A stretch of 64,000 nucleotides of DNA from Anaeramoeba ignava BMAN. Taxonomy: Eukaryota; Protista; Anaeramoebae. This document shows positions 53,649 through 64,000 of the stretch, piece by piece. The notes under the pieces were generated by a model, which searched no databases, had not been told where the DNA came from, and saw only the letters and a list, made by a program, of their open reading frames with translations. The stretch covers positions 620,001 through 684,000 of the forward strand of contig JAPDFW010000136.1 of assembly GCA_028826165.1 (NCBI GenBank), read 5' to 3'. Positions within the stretch are counted from its first letter, which is position 1. Every line of letters begins with the position of its first letter. Made by a program: the position numbers and the translations under genes.

Positions 53649-56600
53649 ATGAATCATTTTGCAATTAGAACAACTTTAAAATTTGATCCATTTCAAGAAA
53701 TATTAGATTCAGGAAAAATAAGAGCACTTGTTGCACCAATTGGAGAAATTTCTGAACAAACATTTAATTATTATTTCAATTTAATACAATCAGTGAGAAA
53801 AATACCATTTGAATCATTAACACCAAGTTTAATTATTGATCCACACAAAACTAGTAAAAACAATTTTAAAATTAAAATTCATTTTAAAATTAAAATCAAA
53901 ATCCATTTTAAAATTAAAATCAAAATTAAAATTTAAAATCAAAATCAAAATTAAAATTAAAATTCATTTTAAAATTAAAATTCAAATTCATTTTAAAATC
54001 AAAATCAAAATTAAAATCAAAATCAAAATCAAAATTAAAATCAAAATTCAAAATTAAAATCAAAACTCATTTTAAAAATTAAAATTAAAATTAAAATTAA
54101 AATTCATTTTAAAATCAAAATTCAAATTCATTTTAAAATTAAAATTCATTTTAAAATTAAAATTCATTTTAAAATCAAAATTAAAATTAAAATCAAAATT
54201 CATTTTAAAATTAAAATTAAAATTAAATTGAAAATTAAAATTAAAATTGAAATTCATTTTAAAATCAAAATTAAAATTCATTTTAAAAATTAAAATTAAA
54301 ATTCATTTTAAAATCAAAATCAAAATTCATTTTAAAATTAAAATTAAAATTTGTTTTAAAATTCGTTTTGAATTTAAAAATTAAAAGATAATCATGTCTC
54401 TCATGGTTGGAAAGAAGGAAACGTCTTCTTCGAATTTTTTGATCATTATTATGAAAAAAGTATGTGGGAAGGATTCCAACCTTATAAAAAAATATTTGCT
54501 TTTATTGGAGTGGTTCATTGTCAAAAAGCAAAAAATTTTGAAGATTTAAATAATCAATTTAAAAAATTACAAGAAGAATACAAATCAAAACCTTTTATTG
54601 CAAGATGCTTTGCATTTGATCCAAGAGAAAATCAAGACGATCCAATGCTTGATAATTTTTATATGATTCCAAATACAGAAAATCAACAGCATCTTTGCTT
54701 TTATTTAAATACATTGATGACTGACATGGCAAACAGTATTTTAAATCAATTTAACACCATGATGATTGATTATCACCAAATTTTTGGCACTCCTTCAACT
54801 CCAGACGAATATCAAAAGACAATTGACCCTCATAATTTGAGGAAATTGAAAAAATCAAGACAATTGAAATTATTGGGCGATTATTGCCTACTTTCAGGCT
54901 CTTCTTTAGATGCCAAAAATATTTATTTATCTGCCTTGGAACAAAGCAAATTATTGAACGATTTTGTTTGGATTGCGGGTTGTTTGGAAGGGTTTTGTTG
55001 CTCAATTATTTTAGAGAATTATCACAAACCAATGTTTATAAAAGTATAGATTATATTTATTATTTATATTCCCAAGTTAAAATATCCTTTTGGTTTGTTT
55101 TTTTTTGTTTGTTTTGTTGGAGTAGGATGAAAAAATTGTTGATGAAATTTCTCATAATTTAACTGATTCTATCAATTTTTATAGCAAAAAAAAATTAATT
55201 CCTCTTCAAGTTGAAGCAATTTTCAAATTATCAAGATTTCTTGTTAATGTTTCCTCTAATTCCAATCGAAAGATACAAATATTGCAACTTCTTTCAGACG
55301 CGTATTCATTTATTGGTGAATTTACTCCCAAAGAAAAGGTTGAATAATTTTAAATTTAAACTTTAGAAAAATTTTTGAAGAATTTTAAAAAAATGTTTTT
55401 TTTCACATATAAAAATTGTTTTAATAATGATATAAACACAGATATTATTCACAACTTCTTTATCGTCGATTTACGAGCAAATTGGATGCTGGAGAAAATT
55501 TGGATTCTCGCTTTATGAAACTGGATTATATTACCGAACACTCAGAAACTGGAAATTATCGCTTCACTTCTTTTTACTTTCCGCACCTTTTCTTCAATTA
55601 CCTTCTTTATTGCAAATTGGCTCAAAAGCACAAGAGAAATATCTTCAGATGCTGAATTCAGGAATAGAATATTCAGAAAGTGTTGATGAGAAAAGAAAAT
55701 ATCTCACAAAAAGCATATTTGAAAATAGCAGACACAAAATAACAAAGATGATCAAAATGCAAATGAATTTGATCTCCGATTTGATTGAGAATTCAAATCT
55801 TTTAAAGGATTCAGACAAAATAGTTCAATATAGTATTTTTGATCTGAAGACTTTTTACCAATATTTGGACTCCAACATGCAAAAACAAATTGTGTTTAAT
55901 TTAATGTCTTCAGCAAAAAGCACATCGCAAAACTCGCTGTTTGATCTGCGAGATTTCCCGCCAATAATCTCAGTCAAAATTGATGCGCTTTCAGAGTATT
56001 TGAAACCAAGAGAAAAAATCAACAAAGAAGAACCCGAAAAGAAATTGTTCCTTTTTAATCCGTTCGAAAACAAAAACAAGAAGGAGGACTCGGAAATTTT
56101 CTGGGTTCAGAATGAGATGGGGAAGGTTTCTGTTGTGATTTCCAATCCCTTTGATTTCGAGTTGATCATTCATAGCGCATCTCTCGAGTAAAATCGCAAA
56201 ATGCTTTTTCTTCTATTTATTATTTTTTCACGAACAAAAAGCAAAAAAAAAATTCAACTATTTATAGAAATACTAATAATTTTATAATAAAACACATTTT
56301 ATTTTTGGTTCACGAATCCATTACGATCCAGAACAAGCGGCGTTGGATTCGACTCTTTTCCAATTTCACTTGCCGTTGCTCCGCGAACATTTAACAAAGA
56401 AATATTTCTTCATGGAAAACCAAATGAGCCAGGAGAACTTTCAATCTGCGGGCTTAATCTTAATATATTTAACATTGGATATTACCACAAAATCGAACCA
56501 ATCCAAAAAATTCGGGTTGTCCCTCCTCTTCCTTTGCTTTTTGTTGAGGGAAACTTCTCCCAAAAGATCCAGCTTTGTTCAGGAGAAACCCGAGATTTTA

Positions 56601-57922
56601 CTTTAAATTTCCAAAATTCTGGAGCAATTCCCATTGACAAACTCAATATTAATTTTACAGAGAAACTCAAACAGGGAATCACTCCAAATGACGACCCTTT
56701 TATTAAGTACTATTCTTTCCCGCTTTTCTCGTGGGACAAAAACATCATCCTCAAAAATCTGCCTTTGGCTCCTTCCTGCTCTTTTTGTCTTCCAATTCGG
56801 CTTGTCGCCAAGAGCGGGATTGTCAAATCAAAGATAGAAATCGATTACGAAGCAAACAGCGAAAAGCAAATTTCCGAAACAATTCATTTGATTCCAAATT
56901 CGGAAAATCAAACAAAGCAAAATGATCAGGAAATCCAACCCAAAAATGATGTTTCTTATTATCGCAAATTCCATATACAATTTGATTTCAACATCATCGA
57001 CCAAGTTTCAATCACAAGATTCGATTTGGTTCCGATGATCCAATTCATTGAAACCGATTACAAAACAATAAGCAAAAGCATCTTGTGCTATTTACTTCTT
57101 TTTGAGTTGAAAAACTCGAGCCAACAAACTTTCCACATTTTCTGGGATAAAAATCTAGAGCAAATCGAGCAACAATTTCATCCCCAAAATCCAATAACAG
57201 TATCGCCTTTTGAACCAAAACCATCAAACGCTTTTGGAGCGAAAAATCAAGCTTTCCCTTTGGTTCTTGAACCCAATTCGGAAAAAAGAGTCATTTTCTT
57301 CTCAACAACTTTGGCTCAAGAAATGCTTCGCAAAGTAAATTATTCGGAACGCAATATCGAATCTTTTGTTCCGTATGAAGAAGTCGTCAACAACTTTGTT
57401 TTTAATAACCATCGCCAACCCGATAAAAATGAAGACAAGTTTCTGCAGAATTTATGCAACTTCAAATCGGCCGTTATCGAAAATATCTCTTTTCATTGGA
57501 TTTCAAATCTTGAAACTCATGGTATATTGACCGGAAGTCATCTTTCTTTCACAAAATCAAGCGTAGATTTGGTTTTTTCTAACTCCAATTTTTTCCTTGA
57601 TTTTATCATTGAAAATCAACCCAAAATTTCTCAAGTTTTTCCTATTCAAATTTCATTGATAAATCGTGTTGATTTCCCTATTTTTCTTGATTTTTCATTG
57701 AAATTTTATTTTGATGATTTTCCTATTGAAAACCAAAAGAATTGTTTCTTATTAAAATCTGGAATTATTGATCAAAAAAATATCAAAATTGAAGGAAATG
57801 CAAACAATCTTTTAAAAATTCATCTTTTTTTCTTGAAATCAGGAACATATCAAATTAAAGCAACTTGCAAAATTAATCAGTTTGATCATCTTGTTGAAAA
57901 ATCATTGATTATTAGAGTGTAG
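53649..57922 (+). CDS. TRAPPC9: TRAPPII subunit TRAPPC9/Trs120; exons 53649-53853, 54388-55043, 55126-55338, 55442-56187, 56332-57922
   Basis: IRALVAPIG; WEGFQPYKKI; RCFAFDP; KLLGDYCLLSGS; DFVWIAGCLEG; FLFNPF; V.ISNPFDFEL; VVPPLPLL. All splice phases were checked. Confidence 0.9.
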
Positions 57923-57996
57923 TTTCTTTTTCAAAAAAAACAAAAAGAAAATAATTTTTTTATATTCAATTTATTTCTTTTTTTTTTTAAAAGAAT

Positions 57997-59187
57997 TTAA
58001 TTTTTTTCAGTTTCCATTTCAATATTTTTCAAAGAATTTGATTTTATAAAATCTTCAAAATTTTTCAATGAATTTGATTTTATAAAATCTTCAATATTTT
58101 TCAATGAATTTGATTTTATAAAATCTTCAAAAGGTCGAAAAAATTGTTTTAAAACTCCAAAATGATTTGAAAATTTCAATTCTTTGTAAATTAATGAAAG
58201 TTGATCCAAAAAATAATCAATAATTTCTTTTTGAGAATTTTGGAGTAAATCAAGAAATAATTTTTGGATTTGTTTTAATTTTTTTGAAGGAATTTCAATA
58301 TCGTTTTTATAAAAGTTAATATTTTCATTTTGATTTCTTTTAAGTTTAACAATTATATGTTCTATTTTATGATTCCAAATTGAAATTAATTGATTTTTTA
58401 ATCTTTCAATAAATAGTTTGGAAAATTTTTCAAAATTTAAACTAATTTTAAATAATAAATCTGGATTAAGATTCCAAATAATAGAATTTTGATCTAGAGA
58501 TGCTTGTTTATAAAAAATATCGAAAATTTGAGAGATTTCTTTTTGAGAAGATTTTTCAAAACAAAGAATAAAAGCAATTGATTCACAAAAACTTTCATCA
58601 AAACAAATTGCTTCTTGAATTGTGGAAAAGAATTCTTCTCTTTTTTTTGTGTCTGTTTCTTCAATTGAGATGATTTTTTTGAGAATTAGTTTTGAAATTG
58701 CTTTTTTTTCAATATTTTCTAAATAAGTATCAATTGGATCATTTTTTTGATTTAAAATCAAAGTTGATAATTTTAAAAATGCTTGTTTTTCAACTTTTTC
58801 AGTAATAAATTCTGATAAATTTAAATTATGAATTTGATTTAATTTTGATAAAATTTGTGCAAAAATTTCTTTTGAAATGAATTGATTTTCCGATAAAAAT
58901 TGTAAATAAATTTGATCAGCATTTTCTAAAGAAAGTAAAGAAGAAGAATAAGAAGAATTTTGAGAAAAAATTGAGTTTATTTCATTTTGATTTGATTTTG
59001 ATAATAATTTGAAGCAGTTTTTCATTTCTAAAGACCATAAAAAACCGTTTTGGAAATCTTCTTCTTTCCAAAAAGAAATTGCAAAAGAATTTTTAGCTTG
59101 ATGAAGAATTGAAAGAAAATGAGGAAGTAAATCATTAATTTTTTTATAATAAAAAGAATTTTTTTGGTTTGAAGATGATTTTTTCAT
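57997..59187 (-). CDS. Helical protein with a FANCF-like N-terminus; three tandem EDFIKSNSLKN repeats at the C-terminus
   Basis: F.SIL..A.....SFW....FQNGFLWS resembles the FANCF motif (W....V.RAL.WA), and L.NA...L..L.EN follows. Recognised from memory only. Confidence 0.5.
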   Translation of the reverse strand: MKKSSSNQKNSFYYKKINDLLPHFLSILHQAKNSFAISFWKEEDFQNGFLWSLEMKNCFKLLSKSNQNEINSIFSQNSSYSSSLLSLENADQIYLQFLSENQFISKEIFAQILSKLNQIHNLNLSEFITEKVEKQAFLKLSTLILNQKNDPIDTYLENIEKKAISKLILKKIISIEETDTKKREEFFSTIQEAICFDESFCESIAFILCFEKSSQKEISQIFDIFYKQASLDQNSIIWNLNPDLLFKISLNFEKFSKLFIERLKNQLISIWNHKIEHIIVKLKRNQNENINFYKNDIEIPSKKLKQIQKLFLDLLQNSQKEIIDYFLDQLSLIYKELKFSNHFGVLKQFFRPFEDFIKSNSLKNIEDFIKSNSLKNFEDFIKSNSLKNIEMETEKN

Positions 59188-59214
59188 TTTTAAATCAAGA
59201 AAAAAATGAAAAAA

Positions 59215-60205
59215 AAGTTTATCCGATTTTTTATTAAATTAATAAAAATTTATTTAATAAACTTTTAAATTTAATTTTTATTATTATTTAAATTAATTTA
59301 ATTTTTAAATAATAAAATAAAATGAATAATAAATTTATCCGATTTTTTATTAAATTTAATTTTTATTATTATTTAAATTAATTTAATATTTAAATAATAA
59401 AATAAAATGAATAATAAATTTATCTAATAAACTTTTAAATTTAATTTTTATTATTATTTAAATTAATTTAATTTTTAAATAATAAAATGAAATGAATAAT
59501 AAATTTATCCGATTTTTATTAAATTTAATTTTTAAAATAATTAATTTATTTAAATTAATTTAATATTTAAATAATTAAATAAATTAATAAAAAAATTTTA
59601 TCTAATAAACTTTTAAATTTAATTTCTTTATTATTATTTTAAATTAATTTAATTTTTAAATAATTAAATAAAATGAATAATAAATTTATCCGATTTTTAT
59701 TAAAAATTTAATTTTTATCATTATTTAAATTAATTTAATTTTTATTATTTTTTAAATAATTAAATAAATTGAATAATAAATTTTATCTAATAAACTTTTT
59801 AAATTTAATTTTTATTATTATTTAAATTAATTTCATATTTAAATAATAAAATAAAATGAATAATAAATTTTATCCGATTTTTTATTAAATTTAATTTTTA
59901 TTATTATTTAAATTAATTTAATTTTAAAAATAATAAAATAATAAAAAAATGAATAATAAATTTATCCGATTTTTATTAAATTTAATTTTTATTATTATTT
60001 AAATTAATTTCATTTTTAAATAATAAAATAAAATAAATAATAAATTTATCTAATAAACTTTTAAATTTAATTTTTATTATTATTTAAATTAATTTAATTT
60101 TTAAATAATAAAATAAAATGAATAAAAAATTTATCCGATTTTTTATTAAATTTAATTTTTATCATTATTTAATTTAATTCAATTTTTAAATAATAAAATG
60201 AATAT
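59215..60205. repeat. AT-rich ~85-bp minisatellite with alternating A/B monomers
   Basis: ATCCGA markers at 59337, 59507, 59688, 59872, 59964 and 60133, mostly alternating with ATCTAATAAAC. Confidence 0.85.
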
Positions 60206-60253
60206 TTTTGAGATTTTTTTATAAATTTTTATTATTTAAATCAATAAAAAAAA

Positions 60254-61715
60254 TTATCCAGCAAACTTGCAAATTTGATTTTTATGAACATTTAAAACAA
60301 TTCCATTCTCTTGTTCAACTTTTGCATTTTCTCTTCCTAAAGAAATAAGTTTTCCTTTTTGTCCCTTTTGAATTCCATGAATAAACAAAACAAGTTCACC
60401 AAGTTTAGGTAGAATTGGTTCCAATTCAGCTTGGTCAATCTGAATAATAGCTTTATTTTCAATAACACTAATTTCTGCAATATATTTTTCAATAACATTT
60501 TGAATAATGCCAGTTTTATTATAAAATTCACCATTTTGAACATCATTGTTTTTGATGCGAACAATAATGTTTTCCAAAATCCAAGGTTGCTCATCATCCT
60601 CATAAACATCCTCTTGTTCTTTTTCTCTGTCTTCTTTCTGTTCTTCTTGATCATCCATTGTCAATAAATTTAATAATTCTCGATCATTTGGATCGAGTTC
60701 TTTTTCATCAAATTTAACTTGTTTTTCTTCAGAAAATTCATTTGTTTCTTTTGCTGTTTTTTTGCTGCGAAGTTCTTCTTCTTGTTTTTCTTTCTCTTGA
60801 TTATTCTCTTTTTTCTCTGTTTTGTTTTTTGCAAGCGGTTCGTTTTGGATCGCTTTTTTTTTCTTTTTTATATTGAGTTTAATTTTCCCATCAAATTTAC
60901 TAATTTTTTCCTTTTTTTTCTGCTTGAGAAATTGAGGTTTGTTTAACCCCTGTTTTTCTAGTTCTTTTTCTTGCGAAATTCTTTTTTTAATCAGTTTCAA
61001 ATTTCTTTCTTCATCATTCAAATCATTTTCTATTTTCCTCTTATTTTTTTCCAATTTTTTTGATTCTTCAGAATCAGTATTAACATACATTATATATAAA
61101 CCCTTTTTAGGAGGAATCCAAATAAAAGATAATAACGATAAATAAGCATTATAAAGAGGGTTATTAAAAGAAGAAAAAAAGAATAATTAAAAAAATCAAA
61201 AACTTACATCTTTTTCATCTTCAACTTTAATTTTTCCTGTTTTTCCAAGATATCTTATAAAGCCTGTCAATGTAGTCCATCTTGTTGAGTTCATGTGAGT
61301 ATGTCTACGATCTCGGATGTGCTCCATATAGACATGATTCGCGAGAACTTTTCTGTTGCGAAATCTTGTTTTCAATAAACTCATAAAAGTTTTTTCAAAA
61401 ATTCTTGAATTTTCTGCTATAATTTTATCGGGATTTTCTGATGCAAGTGACATCATTCTTCTATGTCCTTCGGAATTGCAATGGCATTTGAAACCGTTAG
61501 CATCTCTACATTGTTTTTGACACATTTCACAATAAAATTTTAATTTTTGAAGTCCTTTTGCTTTTATTTGTTTTGAAATTTGCTTTTTATTTTTGAAATG
61601 ATTAAAAAAAAAATTAATTTAAATTACAAAATTATAAAATAAAATTATAAATTTATAAAATTATGTAAGATTAAAATTATTTTACTTTTGGAGTTAATTC
61701 TTTATGTTTTGACAT
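60254..61715 (-). CDS. KIN17: DNA/RNA-binding protein KIN17; exons 61715-61686, 61582-61208, 61102-60254
   Basis: KAKGLQKLKFYCEMCQKQCRDANGFKCH; HMNSTRWTTLTGF; C-terminal KOW/SH3-like PWI.ENIIVRI...DQAELE..LP. Confidence 0.95.
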
Positions 61716-61789
61716 AATAATAATAAGAAAAAATAAAAAAATGAAAAAAATGAAAAAATTATTTTTTGGAATAATTTTATTCTTAATTA

Positions 61790-63413
61790 TTAATTATCAG
61801 AATCAGTAAATTTTCCATTTAATTCATCTTCGAATTCATTTTTAATTTCATTTGATTTACTTTTTTCTTCTTTTTCTTCAAAATTCTTTTGTTTTTTTCT
61901 TTTGGGAATTTTAAGTTTCAAATGTTTTTGATTATTTTGATTATTTTGATTTAATGAATTAAAAGGAAATTTGAATTTGGGATTTTCAATGAAAATTTGG
62001 TTAGGCATTGTTGAAAGAAGTGATTTCGATTCAGGATCTGAAGTGTCAACATCATCCATTTCAATTTCTCCAATAAATTCAGGATATTTTTTATGAATCA
62101 AATCATTTGGTTGATTAATTTCTAAATATCTTAAATTTTGAATCAATTCTGCTATCAATTCTGCATTTTTTAAAAATGAGAATTTAGGTCTTTGAATGTC
62201 ATCATAAAGTTTCATTTTCAATATTTGATTATCATTTTTACTAAAAATTTCTAGTGAAGATATTGTTGATATTTTCCAATGTGAAATTGTTTTTGTTCCT
62301 GTTATAAATATTCTTAGATTTGATATTGCATATATTACATTTTTTTTTCTTGTAATATTTTTCCAAACTTTGAAAATACATCCTGAAAGGATCATATAAA
62401 TAACTGCACCAATATAAAAAGAGAATGATTTTGGAACTTTTGTTTTATTTTTTAATTTGGATTTTTGATTTTTGATTTTGATTTTAATTTTAATTTAAAT
62501 TTTGATTTTAATTTTAATTTTGATTTTGGTTTTAATTTTGATTTTAATTTTGATTTTAATTTTGATTTTAATTTTGATTTTAATTTTGATTTTGATTTTG
62601 ATTTTGATTTTGATTTTGATTTTGATTTAAATTTTAATTTTAATTTTAATTTTAATTTTGATTTTAATTTTTAATTTAATTTTTATTTTGATTTTGATTT
62701 TGATTTTGATTTTAATTTTGATTTGATTTTGGATTTTAATTTTGATTTTGATTTTAATTTTGAATTTTTATTTTGATTTTGATTTTGATTTTGTTTTATT
62801 TTGATTTTGTTTTATTTTGATTTTGGTTTTGGTTTTGGTTTTGGTTTTGATTTTAATTTTGAATTTAATTTTGATTTTGATTTTAATTTTGATTTTAATT
62901 TTGATTTTAATTTTGATTTAAATTTTAATTTTGATTTTAATTTTAATTTTAATTTTGAATTTAATTTTAATTTTAATTTTAATTTTAATTTTAATTTTAA
63001 TTTTAATTTTGGATTTTGATTTATATTTTGATTTTAATTTAATTTTGGATTTTGATTTTGAATTTGATTTAAAAGAATTTACAAAATATTATTTCCAAAA
63101 TCAAAGGAATAATAGCAATTAAAGAATAGACATGTCTTAAAACATTTTCAATATGTAAATAAGAAGAACTAGAAGGCAAACCAATCCAAAGTAAAATTTC
63201 ATTTTGAGAATCTTTAGGAATTTGAGATTGTAATAAAGACATGATATTTTTTGGAATTTCATCTAATCTTTCTTCAAGACTCTTTGCTGTTGATATTCGT
63301 TTTTGGATTTTTTTAATTGAAGTTAAATTTGTTATTGAAAGATAAAGAAAAATAAGAAAAATAATTAAAGTAACACAAAATAATGCGAATCCAATAAAAA
63401 AAGCAGAATCCAT
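61790..63413 (-). CDS. Membrane protein with a bacterial-type PH (bPH/YdbS-like) module; exons 63413-63083 and 62436-61790
   Basis: N-terminal TM helix; EILLWIGLP; two further TM segments; YAISNLRIFI. The phase-1 intron GTAAAT..CAAAAG is filled with hexamer repeat. Confidence 0.6.
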
Positions 63414-63566
63414 TATTACTAAAAATAATAAATAAATTATTATAAAAATACTCAAAAAGAAATAAAAAAATGAAAAACGATTCAAATTTTTTTTTTCATT
63501 TCAAAATAATTCCAAAAAATAAAAATCAAACAAAGAAAAATAAAAACCAAACAAAGAAAAATAAAA

Positions 63567-64000
63567 TTAATCTGAAGTTGAAGTTGAATCTGAATCTGAA
63601 TTAAGACTTTCAATTTTTGGAATATTTTTTGGAATATTTTTTGGAATTAAAGGAATTTCATCATTTTCATTTTGATTTAAATTTTGATTTTGATTTTGAT
63701 TTTGATTTTGATTTAAATTTTGATTTTGATTTAAATTTTGATTTTGATTTTGATTTTGATTTTGATTTAATTTTGGATTTTGATTTTGATTTTGATTTTG
63801 ATTTTGATTTTGATTTTGATTTTGATTTAAATTTTGATTTAAATTTTGATTTTGATATTGATTTTGATTTGGATTTAAATTTTGATTTTGATTTAATTTT
63901 GGATTTTGATTTGGATATTGATTTGGATATTGATTTGGATATTGTTGATATTGATATTGTTGGTATTGTTGATAAATCTGTTGTTGTTGAGTAAGTGGAT
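63567..64000 (-). CDS. 3' end of a gene running off the window (Q/Y/P/N-rich tail ...IPKIESLNSDSDSTSTSD*)
   Basis: The open minus frame reads PLTQQQQIYQQYQQYQYQQYPNQYPNQ..., with the stop at 63567. Confidence 0.6.
   Translation of the reverse strand, partial: PLTQQQQIYQQYQQYQYQQYPNQYPNQYPNQNPKLNQNQNLNPNQNQYQNQNLNQNLNQNQNQNQNQNQNQNQNPKLNQNQNQNQNQNLNQNQNLNQNQNQNQNQNLNQNENDEIPLIPKNIPKNIPKIESLNSDSDSTSTSD

Noticed and set aside
55082-55090. ATATCCTTT, the U12-type donor consensus
   Set aside because: It lies inside an ordinary GT-AG intron, after an in-frame stop. The same 9-mer occurs antisense in BEACH (~36160), so chance is likely.
1-64000. Stop-codon reassignment, transposons, tRNA or rRNA genes
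   Set aside because: TAA, TAG and TGA all terminate conserved genes and none interrupts a conserved frame once introns and indels are resolved. I saw no transposase or RT motifs, TSD-flanked elements, cloverleafs or rRNA sequence.

Overview
Gene-dense, very AT-rich eukaryotic nuclear DNA. It uses the standard genetic code, has GT-AG spliceosomal introns and encodes N/Q/E low-complexity tracts. The style suggests an anaerobic protist such as the metamonad Anaeramoeba (inference, not verified). I reconstructed about 19 protein genes by hand, most of them fragmented in the ORF track: a Kelch protein, three tandem paralogs of an unrecognised family, a Furry/MOR2-like scaffold ending in an RGS domain, HYOU1/Grp170, Ras, a PAS/coiled-coil protein, a ~3560-aa BEACH protein, a small AROS-like basic protein, severin/gelsolin, ribophorin II, a Rab, CLP1, an RRM protein, TRAPPC9, a FANCF-like protein, KIN17, a bacterial-PH-like membrane protein and a partial gene at the right edge. 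There is also an intergenic box C/D snoRNA whose guide matches the LSU rRNA site targeted by snR78/SNORD52. The most interesting signals are: (1) a three-gene family with a shared PEGA-like head, a conserved intron, stalks of very different length and C-terminal membrane anchors; (2) the Furry-RGS fusion; (3) introns inflated by microsatellites that are nearly G-free on the sense strand, a rule that revealed a hidden exon; (4) tandem TTTTCATTTT initiator-like arrays in front of almost every gene. Many genes carry single-base indels, most likely consensus errors. Most low-complexity ORFs in the track (IKIK, ILIL, FDFD) are wrong-frame or antisense shadows.
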